Origin: Octopus sinensis | Lineage: Eukaryota | Assembly (NCBI RefSeq): GCF_006345805.1 | Contig: NC_043004.1 | Location: 63,240,001-63,304,000, forward strand | Direction: 5' to 3' | DNA length: 64,000 bases | Shown: in pieces, positions 1-19,751 of the stretch | How positions within the stretch are numbered: position 1 is the first letter of the stretch | How the letters are laid out: each line of letters begins with the position of its first letter | Program-made: the position numbers and the translations under genes | Notes under the pieces: generated by a model | What the model was told of the DNA's origin: nothing | Seen by the model: the letters and a program-made list of their open reading frames with translations, nothing else | The model's database searches: none

Positions 1-1017
1 GCTACATTTGGTAAATTAATATTCTATGGTATACGTTATCCATTCCTTGTAATGGCAGAATAAGGAAGTAGTGAAATATTGATATTTTCAAGAATACACA
101 TATACTTTGTATCTATGTATAGTACAATATTTATAATGTTATCCGTCGTGGTTTCAAAATGCAAATCAACTTAGTGAAACCAACGTAGGACTGGATTTTG
201 TCAGAAGAAACTTTAAGGCAAATTGATTCAGCTTTCTGTACTTAGTGAAAGGAGTGCATTCCTTGAGACATTAGGAAGCACTGCAACATATATTACCTGA
301 AACATTTTCAAAATTCAGGACTGTAATCTTAGTTACATCTATGGTTGCACCAGAACTCAATGTTTCACCATCCGGTCAAATATACTGGACATGCAAATAC
401 TGGTTTTATTTGGAGCATCCCTGACGGAGCCAGATCGGAGTGGGAATCAGTCAGATGCTGGCTGCAGTATGAATTGCGTGAAGGTCGCAATCAGCCTAAC
501 CGCCACAGAATTATGCCTCGTAACACCAGAATTCTTCTGAACACATCCCTGTCCATCAAGTGAAAAGACTTACTGATGTCAATATAGCCAGCAATCGTCT
601 CCAAACGAGAGCTTCGCACAAGCTCGATGAGTAATTCGAAAGTAACTACCTGGTCAATAGTTCATCTATTTCGTGTAAATACTGAAACCTCCCGCTGCTG
701 AAATGAGAGGCATGCAGATTATTTCGCCCTCTGTTGAGAACAACTATGCCAAATCTCTAGGGCAAGAAGTTGAGTACAACATTTGAATAGAATTTACGGT
801 TGGGTTTTTCATCTTTACATTTCTTGGCAAAGACAGAAAGCTACTGCTACAAATAAAGCATATGACCTGTTTTCCTAATGGATAGTCAGTGAGCAACCAG
901 AGAGAGAGAGAGAGAGAGAGAGTTGTGCAAGGTATTACATACATGGTAATTATCAGCAATAAGGATTGTCAAATGAAATATGTGAGAAAATATGATGTAT
1001 AAACCAGAGTGAGGATA
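1..1017. repeat. Copy 1 of a ~1-kb direct duplication (copy 2 at 2569-3596)
   Basis: GCTACATTTGGTAAATTAATATTC at 1 recurs at 2569; identical ORFs 345..563 and 2913..3131 (offset 2568); copies differ mainly in (GA)n length. Confidence 0.95.
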
Positions 1018-1220
1018 GAAATATATCGGTAGCGAAGAACTTACAAGACTGTCAAAGGACCCGGTTCGCCTGCAACCACCCTGTTACTGAAATATAAATG
1101 GAAAGCAGAAACATATATTACTGATGTGATTTCTGTATTTGGCTTATGGAATAAAATACGACATTAAGAAATGATTGAACACTGGTGTCGATGTAATCGA
1201 CTTACATCTTTCCAAAAACG

Positions 1221-1410
1221 GATGGCATTGTTTCAGACATTGAGAGCAATATGAAAAGATTTTAAGGGAGAGCTTGCAGAAGAGTATGCCATGCAGAGAG
1301 TTCAGCATCATTTTGCCCATGCTTACGATCTTAGCTGTGGATTAATCCACCTTTGATACTTGGTGAGTGATAAAATAAGAAAAGTTGAATCACTAGTGAC
1401 AATATAATCA
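1221..1410 (+). pseudogene. Possible hAT transposase remnant
   Basis: Manual translation DGIVSDIESNMKRFKGELAEEYAMQRVQHHFAHAYDL resembles the hAT IVTDNASNM...CFAHxLNL motifs; contains stops. Confidence 0.4.
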
Positions 1411-2149
1411 ATGTAAACACTTCTCAGACATATGCTGACATTCTTCCCATATTTGAAAATAATATGAATAAAATATTCTAGTTCGAATCTGTGTTTAATT
1501 TATATTCGCGTCCCAAAATAAGATTGATATATCGACAGGATACAGAAATGATCAAGGGTAAGTATGAAATAATTTTAGAAAGAGATCATCGAAATTCTGT
1601 TGTTTATGTTACGCACTAAAATTAAAATACCAGTGAAAGAATCAAGATTAATTATTAACTGAAGAGTAGAAATTTAGAAATGGGCACGTGAATCAAGGAA
1701 AATATCTATTAAAAGACATTCTTGAATGGAATGTGCTATATCTTTGTCAATGAATCAGTTATTTCCTCCATCAGCCATTACTTGAAAGGTAATATTTCAC
1801 TGATCATTCGTCTTTACTGTGTTCTAGCAATTATTTGCTGCTTCAAAACACTAGTGTCTGCCTATTATATCAAATCAGGACACTCCTTATTTTGATAACT
1901 TCTGTTGTCAAAATTGACTATAAATGTTGTTTTGATACAAGTACTGTGGTCCCTGACATCCTGTGTATTTAATTGGCTGTATTGGATTCAATTGAATAGC
2001 CGTTCGTGGCATCCTGTATGGATAACCACACATACATGTATATATACCCACATTTATAGGCAGGTATGTATGTACGTACGTGTGTATGTATGTATGTAAG
2101 CATGTATGTACGTGTGTATGTATGTAAGCATGTATGTATGCATGTATGT

Positions 2150-2360
2150 ATAGCGTATAAGATGGAGGTTGTCCTGGATAGATCTGCCGCCGATTAGTCC
2201 ACACGCGATACTCGCCAACATTTCTGCTAATACCTCGGCCAAAATCTTCAAATCTCAATTAAACGGAGTGATGGGCCTGAAATTGTCTATTTATCCCCGT
2301 TGTTTGAGTCCTTTCTTAGCAGCACCACGATCCTCCGGCAAACAGATTTGGGTATTGATA
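2150..2360 (-). mobile_element. L1/Tx1-like reverse transcriptase fragment
   Basis: NFRPITPFN*DLKILAEVLA...GRSIQDNLHLIRY parallels NFRPITQLNADFKILAKVLA...GRTIHDNLHLMRY at 8390-8550. Confidence 0.85.
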
Positions 2361-2568
2361 AATTTTATGTAGCATTAAATGATTTCATCTTAATATACAT
2401 CAATGTATAATGAGTCAAACTTCTAAACGTTAAAATTTAAACAGATTAGATTTTACAGGCAAATTTTGTTGGGCTATTCTGCGTTGCAGACGTTTATACC
2501 CAGGCAAGTGTCTTAGATTTAAGACACCATTTTTATATACTTACTTCTACCTAGTGATTTCGTAGTGA

Positions 2569-3463
2569 GCTACATTTGGTAAATTAATATTCTATGGTAT
2601 ACGTTATCCATTCCTTGTAATGGCAGAATAAGGAAGTAGTGAAATATTGATATTTTCAAGAATACACATATACTTTGTATCTATGTATAGTACAATATTT
2701 ATAATGTTATCCGTCGTGGTTTCAAAATGCAAATCAACTTAGTGAAACCAACGTAGGACTGGATTTTGTCAGAAGAAACTTTAAGGCAAATTGATTCAGC
2801 TTTCTGTACTTAGTGAAAGGAGTGCATTCCTTGAGACATTAGGAAGCACTGCAACATATATTACCTGAAACATTTTCAAAATTCAGGACTGTAATCTTAG
2901 TTACATCTATGGTTGCACCAGAACTCAATGTTTCACCATCCGGTCAAATATACTGGACATGCAAATACTGGTTTTATTTGGAGCATCCCTGACGGAGCCA
3001 GATCGGAGTGGGAATCAGTCAGATGCTGGCTGCAGTATGAATTGCGTGAAGGTCGCAATCAGCCTAACCGCCACAGAATTATGCCTCGTAACACCAGAAT
3101 TCTTCTGAACACATCCCTGTCCATCAAGTGAAAAGACTTACTGATGTCAATATAGCCAGCAATCGTCTCCAAACGAGAGCTTCGCACAAGCTCGATGAGT
3201 AATTCGAAAGTAACTACCTGGTCAATAGTTCATCTATTTCGTGTAAATACTGAAACCTCCCGCTGCTGAAATGAGAGGCATGCAGATTATTTCGCCCTCT
3301 GTTGAGAACAACTATGCCAAATCTCTAGGGCAAGAAGTTGAGTACAACATTTGAATAGAATTTACGGTTGGGTTTTTCATCTTTACATTTCTTGGCAAAG
3401 ACAGAAAGCTACTGCTACAAATAAAGCATATAACCTGTTTTCCTAATGGATAGTCAGTGAGCA

Positions 3464-3502
<39 letters not shown>

Positions 3503-3596
3503 GTGCAAGGTATTACATACATGGTAATTATCAGCAATAAGGATTGTCAAATGAAATATGTGAGAAAATAAGATGTTTAAACCAGAATGAGGATAT
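2569..3596. repeat. Copy 2 of the ~1-kb direct duplication
   Basis: Near-identical to 1-1017; similarity ends after AAACCAGA(G/A)TGAGGATA. Confidence 0.95.
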
Positions 3597-3624
3597 AAAT
3601 GTGATTAATTATTAATTATTAACA

Positions 3625-6183
3625 TAATCTACGCGTGCATCGCAGATTGTGTAAAAGACTCCTAGCAACACTACTGTGTCTTATGTGCCTAGAGAATTTT
3701 CAAGATATTGAAAAACGTCGAACTGTCCCACTCTACAAAGAGGGTAGACAACCAGCAACCTGACTTACCACTGCTGTGCGTCTCATCAACGACGGCCCTG
3801 CCTGCCTTCCGGGTCAACAAAGATTGTTCTTATCTGTAACTTTAAAGCCTTCCTGAGAAGAACCATGACGCCACTCACCCCTGCCGTTTGACATAGAGAA
3901 ATAATTTTCTCGTAGTCGTTTAACAGGAGTGAGAAAGTCTGCAGCCCTCACAGTCTTGCTTCAGTAATAACAACAACATCCCGTCTATGCGACCTGAGAT
4001 CGTCACAGAGGAAACCCTACTTTCTTATCGAACCCAGGCCGCGCACATTTATATATCCTACATTATGGGAAACCAAAAATATAAATAAGAGTCCTGGAGG
4101 ATGGTTAATCCTCCTCATCATTCGTGGTCTGTGGGGACACAATGAGTTTATTATAGGGTGCTGTCGAAATACTTTTTCTTGGAGAGCCAACCTCCTCAGG
4201 AAATATATTTTTTAAGCATTTGTGGTTGGTCCTATCTATATAGATAAAATCTATGTGAGTGGGAACGCCACTGATATCAGGACAAGTAAATGTTTGTGCG
4301 TTTTGTTAAAGTGGCAATTTCATTTTAAAAAATTTAATTGTTTGCATCATACGCAGATATATATAATTTTTATGAGGGACGGGTGTGAGAAGCTTGAGGG
4401 CTCTGCGTGTGTCTATAACTGTGGGGAGGGGGAGATTAGTATAAGAGGTGGAGGTTTGGAGACTTGTGACTGTAGGAGCCGTTTGGGAGTCAGTGTCGGT
4501 GGACATGGTTTGGGGAAAAGCGTCCGTTGAAGAATGGTGGGATCTTTCTTTTTCTTCCATGATACTTCACTTCATTCCCTGTCCAAGGTTTGTGCTTCTT
4601 TTCTCTTCCAAGCCCAAAACGTTAGCGGCCACCAGCAAGGCGACGTCGACCGCGCTGGGATTTCTCCTACTCTCACGTTGGAAGTTCGCCTTCCTAAGTA
4701 GATAGGTAGTAGTACCACTTCGTTCGATCTCAAGGGTGACGTTGAGTGTTGCCTGGCCTTATCTTCACTTGCGACTCGCACCTCTATTGTTGCGAACTAA
4801 TTCCCTCTCGCATGATATACAACATTTTGACAGATTGGTTGTGGACACTTGCCAATCCCCTGTGTCGTTTTCTTCATCTGACGACATATCGGAGGATCTG
4901 AAGGAGGGAGGGGAAGTGTATTGGGGTCTATTTCTGAGTGTGTTGACTTTGTTATTGGTGTTGGTGCTGGTTGGTGACAGTTTGGGTGTGGCGTGTGGGT
5001 TTTGGGGTGGGGTATGAGTCTTTTTGGTTTTCTCTTCCTCCTTTGAAGTTGTTGTTGTTGGTGGTGGTGGTGATGGTGGTGTTGCTTCTTTTCTTGGTGG
5101 CGTTGGTGGTGATGTTGTTTGGTTGGGCTGCCTTTTTGGTTGCCGATTTTCCTCTATTTGTTTGTAGAGTTGTTTAATTAGTTCTGCATATGGCGGTGTG
5201 GGTAACAGTTCTGGTTTTTCTGCACGTTTTTTGGTTTTCTTGTGGTTATTTTTGTTTTTCGTGATCTTGTAGTCGTTGTTGCTGTTGTTATTGATTCTGT
5301 GCTAGTGGGCGGTTAATTTGTAAGTGTGCTTTGCTACCACAAACATAGCAACGTAGCTTTCTGCCTTCGATGTCCTCTCTCATTGGATTCTATGTAGAAT
5401 TTTTTCGAACATCATCGGATTAATTTCAGCAAGAATTTCAACTTTTTGGCCAATCCGGTTTTCAAATTGGAAGGACTCAAAGTGGAGATGTCTTTGGCTC
5501 TTTCTTCAGTGTCGAATCGAACTTCAGTTGTGGAAAATCTGTCACCCCTTGTAATGTAATCATTAATGGACTATATAGGCCTTAAACATTTTTCAACATT
5601 TTCTTGAGCGGCCTTCTCGTATAGCTTTGTTTTTAGACTGAGTGTTCTGTAACTAACTGAATTTTTTGTTTCGATTCTTTCTGCGATGTTTTGTGGTGTG
5701 TGTAGTTGTATGCAGATGTCGTCTCTTTTAAACATTGCTTTACAGGTGGGCGGTTCTTCTTTGGAAAAGCACATGACTGTTTTCTTTAACTTCAAAGCTG
5801 CGGCAAAATTGTTTTCAGTATTCGTATTGGTTGTGGTGGTGATGGCGTAGTGGTTCTAGTAGCAGAAGCATTCGTGCCATCAAAGGCCTGTGTGCGTTCA
5901 CGCGGAACGACTTTGCTTTCAGCTTCCTTCGCCTCTAGCATTGGTAGAGTCGAGAAGTCAGCTTCATGGTTTCGCTTAGCCATATTTGTTTAGAAAGATG
6001 GCAAGGAAATCGATGAAAAGAGATATGTAAATAGGTATGAAACTGCCTCTAGGGGTCAATTTCTCCCTTGAAAACACACTCAAACGAAAGGTGGGTACTT
6101 TGTGTGCAGAAATTGAAACAATAAATGTTCGAAACAAAAAGGGGTTACCTGCGGAGCCGATGCGGCATCACGGCAGTCAAGAC
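3625..6183 (-). mobile_element. Degenerate L1/Tx1-like element: 5' UTR, gag-like ORF1 piece(s) and N-terminal APE endonuclease
   Basis: ATG at 5983 (MAKRNHE...); IEGRKLRCYVCGSKAH zinc-knuckle remnant near 5330-5380; LLPIYLGRRTS ORF1 motif near 4680-4720; APE motifs VGYINVRGL, DVVVITE, GVMVLLRK...VDPEGR, RLLVVY, TVVLLG at 3625-4065; many stops and frameshifts. Confidence 0.8.
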
Positions 6184-6220
6184 AGATATATTTATAGATA
6201 GATAGATAGATAGATAGATA

Positions 6221-9200
6221 AATAAGTTGCTTTATTGGCCACACAGGGATGCACACAGATGGGACAAATTACAAGGTAGAGCTTTTCTTTTGTGGGAGGA
6301 AAAAAAAACAAAAAGAAAACGAACAAGAAACAAAAAAGTGGCGTAGGTTTTCGATCAAAAGGGATCGTAAATGGGGAAGAAGGAAAAACAAAGAAAAAAG
6401 AAAAGAAAAAAAGAAAAGAAAAAAGAAAAAAGGAAAAGAAAAAGAAAAAAGGAAGAAAAAAGAAGAAAAAGGGGGAGAGGAGAAAAACGATCAATAGGGA
6501 TCGTGTATCACAGTGTCATGATGTACGGTGTAAAGGGGAACGCAGATAAGGTTTATCCGTTGCAAGAAAAGCCTACGAAAAAGACTACGGTATCATCGGT
6601 CAATATTTTTATGTTACCACATTTGTTTGCAAGTGGGTAACCCTCTGTTTTCAAATTCTGAGTTCATAGGATTATGCTCAAGGTGGCTTCGTCATTCATA
6701 TGTGCCATCCTTGCTACATTCACCCATCTTTTTTTAAAACATTCGCTAGACAAAACTTGCCTCTCTACTCTCACTTTCCTTTTCAAGTGGTACTTGAAGA
6801 AGTTGATGAGAGATTGACCAGAGAGGAAAGTGTTTGTCTCCAATCCTTTCAGACGCGTCCACCAGATACATTCCTTCGCCATAGCCACAAGGATGATGAA
6901 AATAGCTCTTCCTTCGCGTTTGAAGGAAGGAGGCGTGACAATATTGACGATAGACTCAGCTGATAAACCGACTTGTCCCACACGTGACAGCAGTTGTTCA
7001 ACATAAGCCTACAGGTCGGAAATTGTTGGACACTGCACGAGTGCGTGCAGAACGGTTTCGTCGCTCTGACCGCATCTCGGGTAGGTCGGCCTCGTGTTTC
7101 TCGAGCCATGCCTATAGAGCTTATCCCGAACGGGTAGCGCTTCTCGGTAGCACTGTCAGGCCAGGAATCTCCGGAAGTTGTCCATGGGCCCCGGCCCGAA
7201 AGTCGTCCCGAACAGGCGGGTCAGGTATTCCTCGTCGACGTCCAGGTCCGCCCCGAGGTCGTCGTCGTACCTCCCCTCCATTAATCCCCTATAGAATGCT
7301 TTGGTTGTGATGGAGTCACTCAAGGTCGACCCGGGACGGCAGAGTTGCTTGAGAGCAACGCGACACTCGCGGTACCATTCGCCCTTCCTCGGCCTCTTTT
7401 TGATCCACGACTGCAGTTCGGTCATGGAGACGAGCTGCGGGAAAGCGTGCCTCACAAACGGCGACCACACCTGTTCACCGTCGTCTACGAAGAGCCTGAG
7501 ATGTCGCAGTCTCAGCGCGTGTCTGTGCGTCATCAACCACGGCATGCCCAGTCCTCCTTTTAACGGGTGTTGACAGCAAATGGATCGCCTGAACATCGGG
7601 ACGCATCCTTTCCACAAGAAGCGAAAGAGAATGCGTTCTAGTTTGGTGATGGTAGCGTCGAGACAAGGTACGACGGTCAGGCGGTAATCGATGTCGGATG
7701 CGATGTACGTGTTCGCCACCTCCGCCCGACCTTTTAGGGACAATTTCCTCTCGGCCCATTGCCGGGCGAGAGTGACCACCCTACTCATTATCTCGTTCCA
7801 GTTCGTCTCCACTTGGATGTCCGGACCGAACCAGACCCCGAGCAACTCGACCGGGCCGTCGGTCCAGCGTCCCACGACGGAGGCGCTGGCGGACGGCATG
7901 GGCTTGCTTCTCCAGGTGCCTAGTCGCAAGCCCACTGACTTTTCCCGGTTGATTTTCGCTTCTGTCACCGCTTCGTAGTTTTTCAGTGTCTCGCCGACCG
8001 GCTCGATGTGCTCGTGGCTAGACACAATGACGGTGACGTCGTCCGCGTATGCAGACACGCTCGTCCCGCATCCCAGTTATCGTGGGATGCCCCTCAAAGT
8101 TGCCAGCTTCCGCAATAATGGCTCCAGAGTCAATACGTATAGAAGCGACGCGACCTGACGGACCGAACGTGCGATGTCGAAAGGTCTCGATAGATGTCCA
8201 TTTACGCGAACTACCGAACGGATGCCTCTGTACAAAGCGGCTATCCAGCCGCGGAAGACGGGACCGACGCCAGCCGCTCTGAGGACTGATTACAAGTATC
8301 GATGGTCCACCCTATCGAAAGCTTTCGATTGATCTAAATTGATCAGCACCCCACCCATGCCAGGTTCGTTAACTACCCTGTCTATGATGTAGCGCATCAG
8401 GTGGAGGTTGTCATGGATGGTCCGGCCCGGCACGGCGCATGCTCGCGCCTTGTCGACCAGTTTCTCGATGACAAGCGCCAACCTCTTGGCTAGTACCTTG
8501 GCCAAAATTTTGAAGTCTGCATTAAGCTGAGTGATGGGCCTAAAGTTATCTATTACATTTCACTTGTTTAGATCTTTCTTCAGCAGTGTTACGGCTCCTC
8601 GGCTCACAAAACCAGGAATGCTCCCGTTTTGCTGCCAGTTGCATTATACCGCTCCCAAGAAATCTCCAAACAAGTCTGGCATACAATTGTAAAGCTTGTA
8701 GGGTAGACCATCCAAACCCGGTGACTTGTTCCTCGAGCATTCTGCCATCGCGTCCTGCACTTCCGCCGCCTGATGGCACCTTCGCAGCACCCTGCCTCTC
8801 TTGTCGAGAGTCGTGGTAGGCTATGTAGGTAGGCACTGAAGTCCACCCTACGTTCTTGCCCGCCACTTGTCCCGAACAGTCGGGCAAAGTGCTGTTGAAA
8901 GGCCTCACACATTTTACTTGGCTCGATCAATTCGCGCCCCTGTTCATCTACAAGAGACTGAATGGTGGATTTGTTGCCCTGTTGCGCCTCTGCCACCCGG
9001 GCCTCTCTCGCGGCTCCAACACCTTCGTTCCTTAGAGCACGTATCCTAGCTCTGAAAACACACCCTTCGTGTTTGGCGTTGAAGTATTTGTCGAGGGCCA
9101 ACCTCGCCGCCAAAACGTCGGATGCGATGCCGCTTCTAATTGCATGTTCTAGCTTCTTAACTAGCTCACCCTCTACTCTATTTCTATCTATGGCTAGTGC

Positions 9201-9580
9201 TTTGCTGTACTTAATCGCTTCTGCTTTTACTGCTCTCTTGAGGGCAAACCACCATTTGTTGTTGATGATGACTCCCGTCAAAGCCCTCTTTACTAGTGTG
9301 CTAATCTGGTCTCTGAAAACCTGTCTCGATGGGAAAGACGCGTTTAGTTTCCAGTATCCGGGACCCTGTCTAAGTGTCTTACCTAAGTCTTGCGTACATG
9401 TCACAAGTTTTTGATTCGTGTAGCTGACTATGTGGAATTGTGGACATCCTATGCTATCTCTATCTACTGTCCTACACAGTATCATATCTAGATACGATCT
9501 CGACGACCCGATGCGGTTGCTCCATGTCCACTTGGCGCCTTCGGGTGGTCTAGTCGGAACTTGTCAGACAGTTGAAAGCG
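6221..9580 (-). mobile_element. 5'-truncated L1/Tx1-clade non-LTR retrotransposon (APE C-terminus, RT, C-terminal CCHC region, 3' UTR), inactivated
   Basis: WTWSN...SYLDMIL and GPGYWKLNAS (end of APE); LINLDQSKAFDRVDH and YADD (RT); CPRCGQSDETVLHALVQCP; AATAAA then (TATC)n at the 3' end; frameshifts, stops and a short deletion in the RQGxPLSP motif. Confidence 0.92.
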
Positions 9581-9589
9581 TAGATAGAC

Positions 9590-9622
<33 letters not shown>

Positions 9623-10856
9623 TGTTTCGTTATTAGCCACACAGGGCTGCACACATATAGAACAAATTACAAGGTAGAGCTTTTCTTTTGAAGGTTTAAA
9701 AGAAAAAAAAGGAGGGGGGAGTTTCGATCAAAAGGGATCGTAAAAGGAGAGGAAGTGGACAAAAAAAGGGGGGTTAAAAAAAAAGGGGGAGAGGAAAAAA
9801 AAAATTGATCAATAGGGATCGTTATCACAGAAATGTCAATATGAGGTGTAAAGGGGAGGACAGGTGAGGTTTACCCGTGGAAAGAAAAGCCTACGGAAAA
9901 GACCACGGTAACCTCGGTCAATGGAGTCACATGTTATATTTCTTTTTTTTTTTTTTTTGCAAATAAGCAACCCTCTGTTTTCAATTTCTGGGTTCATAGG
10001 ATCATGCTCAAGGTGGCTTCGTCATTCATACGCGCCATTCTTGCTACATTCACCCATCTTCTTTTAAAACATTCGCTAGACAAAATTCGCCTCTCTACTC
10101 TCACTTTCCTTTTCAAGTGGTACTTGAAGAAGTTGATGAGAGATTGACCAGAGAGGAAAGTGTTTGTCTCCAATCCTTTCAGACGCGTCCACCAGATACA
10201 TTCTTTCGCCATAGCCACAAGGATGATGAAAATAGCTCTTCCTTCGCGTTTGAAGTAGGGAGGCGTGACAATATTAACGATAGACTCAGCTGATAAACCG
10301 ACTCGTCCCACACGTGACAGCAGTTGTTCGACACAAGCCCACAGGTCGGAAATTGTTGGACACTGCACGAGTGCGTGCAGAACGGTTTCGTCGCTCTGAC
10401 CGCATCTCGGGCAGGTCGGCCCCGTGTTTCCCGAGCCGTGTCTGTAGAGCTTATCCCGAACGGGTAGCGCTTCTCGGTAGCACTGCCAGGCCAGGGATCT
10501 CTGGAAGTTGTCCATGGGTCCCGGCCCGAAAGTCCTCCTGAACAGGTGGGTCAGGTATTCCTCGTCGACGTCCAGGTTCGCCCCGAGCTCGTCGTCGTAC
10601 CTCCCCTCCACTAAACCCCTATAGAATGCTTTGGTTGTGTTGAAGTCACTCAAGGTCGACCCAGGACGGCAGAGTTGCTTGAGAGCAACGCGACACTCGC
10701 GGTGCCATTCGCCCTTCTTCGGCCTCTTTTTGATCCACGACTGCAGTTCGGTCATGGAGACGAGCTGCGGGAAAGCGTGCCTCACAAACGGCGACCACAC
10801 CTGTTCACCGTCGTCTACATAGAGCCAGAGATGTCGCAGTCTCAGCGCGTGTCTGC
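9623..10856 (-). mobile_element. 5'-truncated copy of the same Tx1-like family (ORF2 C-terminus plus 3' UTR)
   Basis: Open ORF 9994..10800 closely matches 6664-7470; flanked by (GATA)n on both sides. Confidence 0.92.
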
Positions 10857-10897
<41 letters not shown>

Positions 10898-10898
<1 letters not shown>

Positions 10899-11316
10899 CT
10901 TACTTTATTGACCACACAAGGCTGAACACAGAAGGGACAAATACAAATGTAGAGCTTTTCTTTTCGAAAATGACAAAGAAAAGGAGTGAAAAAAGAGGAA
11001 GAAAGTAAACTTCCGATCAAAAGGGGTCGGGGGGAAAAGGAAGTCGATCAAAAGGGATTGTGTATCACAGAAGAAAATTTTAAAATGTAAGAAGCCAAAT
11101 TAGATTTATCCGTGGAAAGAAAAGCCTACGGAAAAGACAGCCAAGGAAATAATAAAGACATGAGAGCAAAGTGCTCCCTCTCTCTCTTTCTGTTCGATTA
11201 ACAGGATCAAAAGTGGTTCCATCGCTCGCACGAACCACCTTTGCCACATTCACCCACATTTATTGAAACTTTCAATAGAGGAACCCTGCCTCTCCATTCT
11301 CACATTGCTTTTCAAG
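10898..11316 (-). mobile_element. Short, more diverged 3' end of a Tx1-like element
   Basis: 3' UTR blocks (TTTATTGACCACAC, GTAGAGCTTTTCTTTT, CCGTGGAAAGAAAAGCCTACGGAAAA) shared with the two copies to the left; LKSNVRMERQ matches LKRKVRVERR. Confidence 0.8.
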
Positions 11317-11699
11317 TTAGACAATAGATATAGAGATAGATATATAAAGAGACGGACAGACAGGTAGATAGATAGATGGAGAGATAAATATATATATAAA
11401 TAAATAGAAAGAGACAAATAGATAGTCAAACAGATTGGTAGATCGATAGATAGATGGTTAGAGAGAGAAAGATACGATAAAAATAGATGGAGACATGCAT
11501 ATATACATACATGTATACATACATAGCTACATAGACAAATAGATATATAGTGAAATAGATAGATATACCGATAGTTAGATCGACCGATATTTAGGTACAT
11601 ACATACACTTGTACATACATACATACATACATACATAGATTCGTATATATCGACGCAAGGAGATACATACGAATGCGCGCATCTCAAACACGTATATCT

Positions 11700-17800
<6,101 letters not shown>

Positions 17801-18118
17801 AAAAAGAAAACTTACACATGTACATACATATAAAAATACTCACACAGACTTACACACACATGCATATACAAACATATATGCATGCATGCACACATACATA
17901 TATGTGTATGCGCACACGTACTGATCCACACACATACGCACAAACAGACAAAATGAACGCAGCTCGGATAACGGACAGAGTCAACGACTATTGAAAAGTT
18001 TGCAAGACAGAAATTTTGTGAAAAATAAATAAGTAAATGAGTAGAACAATTACTGGTGAGTGTGTTAAATGATTAACTACTAAAAGAGAATGACTCACCC
18101 CAGACGCAAGCGTATATT

Positions 18119-18150
<32 letters not shown>

Positions 18151-18177
18151 TGAATGAATGTATGTATGTATATATAT

Positions 18178-18231
<54 letters not shown>

Positions 18232-18842
18232 CGGAGATGTACTCACATAGCAAGTGATTTGATCTGAGATCGTGTGCTGGAACGAAAACAATTGCAGCGT
18301 GGAAGGTGTTTGTGAGCCATTTAAGAAACACACAAAAGCCGTTCGATTCACTTCAACATTTAATTTGTCAAAATATTTTTGTCGCTAAAATCCGCGACCT
18401 GTTTACTGACAGCACATGAGTACAAACATATATACATACCTACGTATGGGCACACACATACATGGGCAAATGCATACGTGCGCGTATACATATATACGCA
18501 CATGCGTACGTTTGTGCATATACACATACATACATCATACATACATTCGTACATACATACATACATACATACATACATACATACATACATACATACATAC
18601 ATACATACATACATACATACATACATACATACTTATATATATATATTTAACCCTAACTAACTAGATGTAGGGAGAGAAAACAAACAAGTAATAGTAAAAC
18701 AAAAGTTCTGTGATATAGAGATAAATGTCTGATAATAGGTTTTAGAGTTTTGTTTTGGAGGTGAGGGTCGTAAAAGACTTCCTATTGAAAGAAATTGAAA
18801 GAAGCCCGTCATATATGTACATGTATACATACACAAACACAC

Positions 18843-18898
<56 letters not shown>

Positions 18899-19751
18899 GT
18901 ACATAGATATGAGCGTGTGTATATGTCTCTTTTGTTGTGGCTGTACCCACCACCATTTGACAAACACTTCTGATTTGTTTACTTCACCGTATCATTAAAA
19001 AAACGGCAAAGCCGAGCGAAATAATAGGTGCTAGGCTTAATAAAAAGTACTGTGATCAATTCATTCGATTTAAAATAAGTGCTAACCAATGATTGAAAAC
19101 AATTAAAAATGGAGAAATAAAAGATACATAAATACTTAAATAATTACTGAAGTTTCGTACAAAATTGACTCAGTTCATGTAGCATATATTTTATACGTAC
19201 GAATATGCGTAATGTTTATAGAAGACGTAAGTGAAAATTTTAACACTTACCTATTGTAACGTGGTATTTTAGATCGACTTCTTGGCACGGTGTTCTAAAT
19301 GTCTTTATAATCGAATATCTTATTGCTACTCCTACTGCTTATATGGCACATTACATACGGGCAATCCAATTGTTTATTGAAGATCAGCCAACCATGAATT
19401 AGTTTTATATATAACCATGAAATACTTTCAAATAGTTTTGATATACAAATTCGAACCAAATAAGGACATGATTTATCGCCCTCAACGACTAGGAGACATA
19501 AGTATTTGTATATTTACCAGTAAATATGCACCAGTAAATATGCATGTTTTAGCATGTTGTTAAGTGTTAATTGTTAACATTTTAAGCTATTACAAATCGG
19601 TGCTTGTGAAGGACAATAAGTGTTATGAGGATGATTTTAGAGCTGTTATTTCTTAATTGCGGGTGTAGAAGACAAGAGGGAGGTGATAGTTTACTTGAGT
19701 ATAACAACTGTCTACATTATGTTAGAAGTAGATGAATAGTCATATTTTTAT

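Noticed and set aside
6192-6640. Lys-rich and Phe-rich ORFs
   Set aside because: Artefacts of the polypurine tract in the Tx1-like 3' UTR
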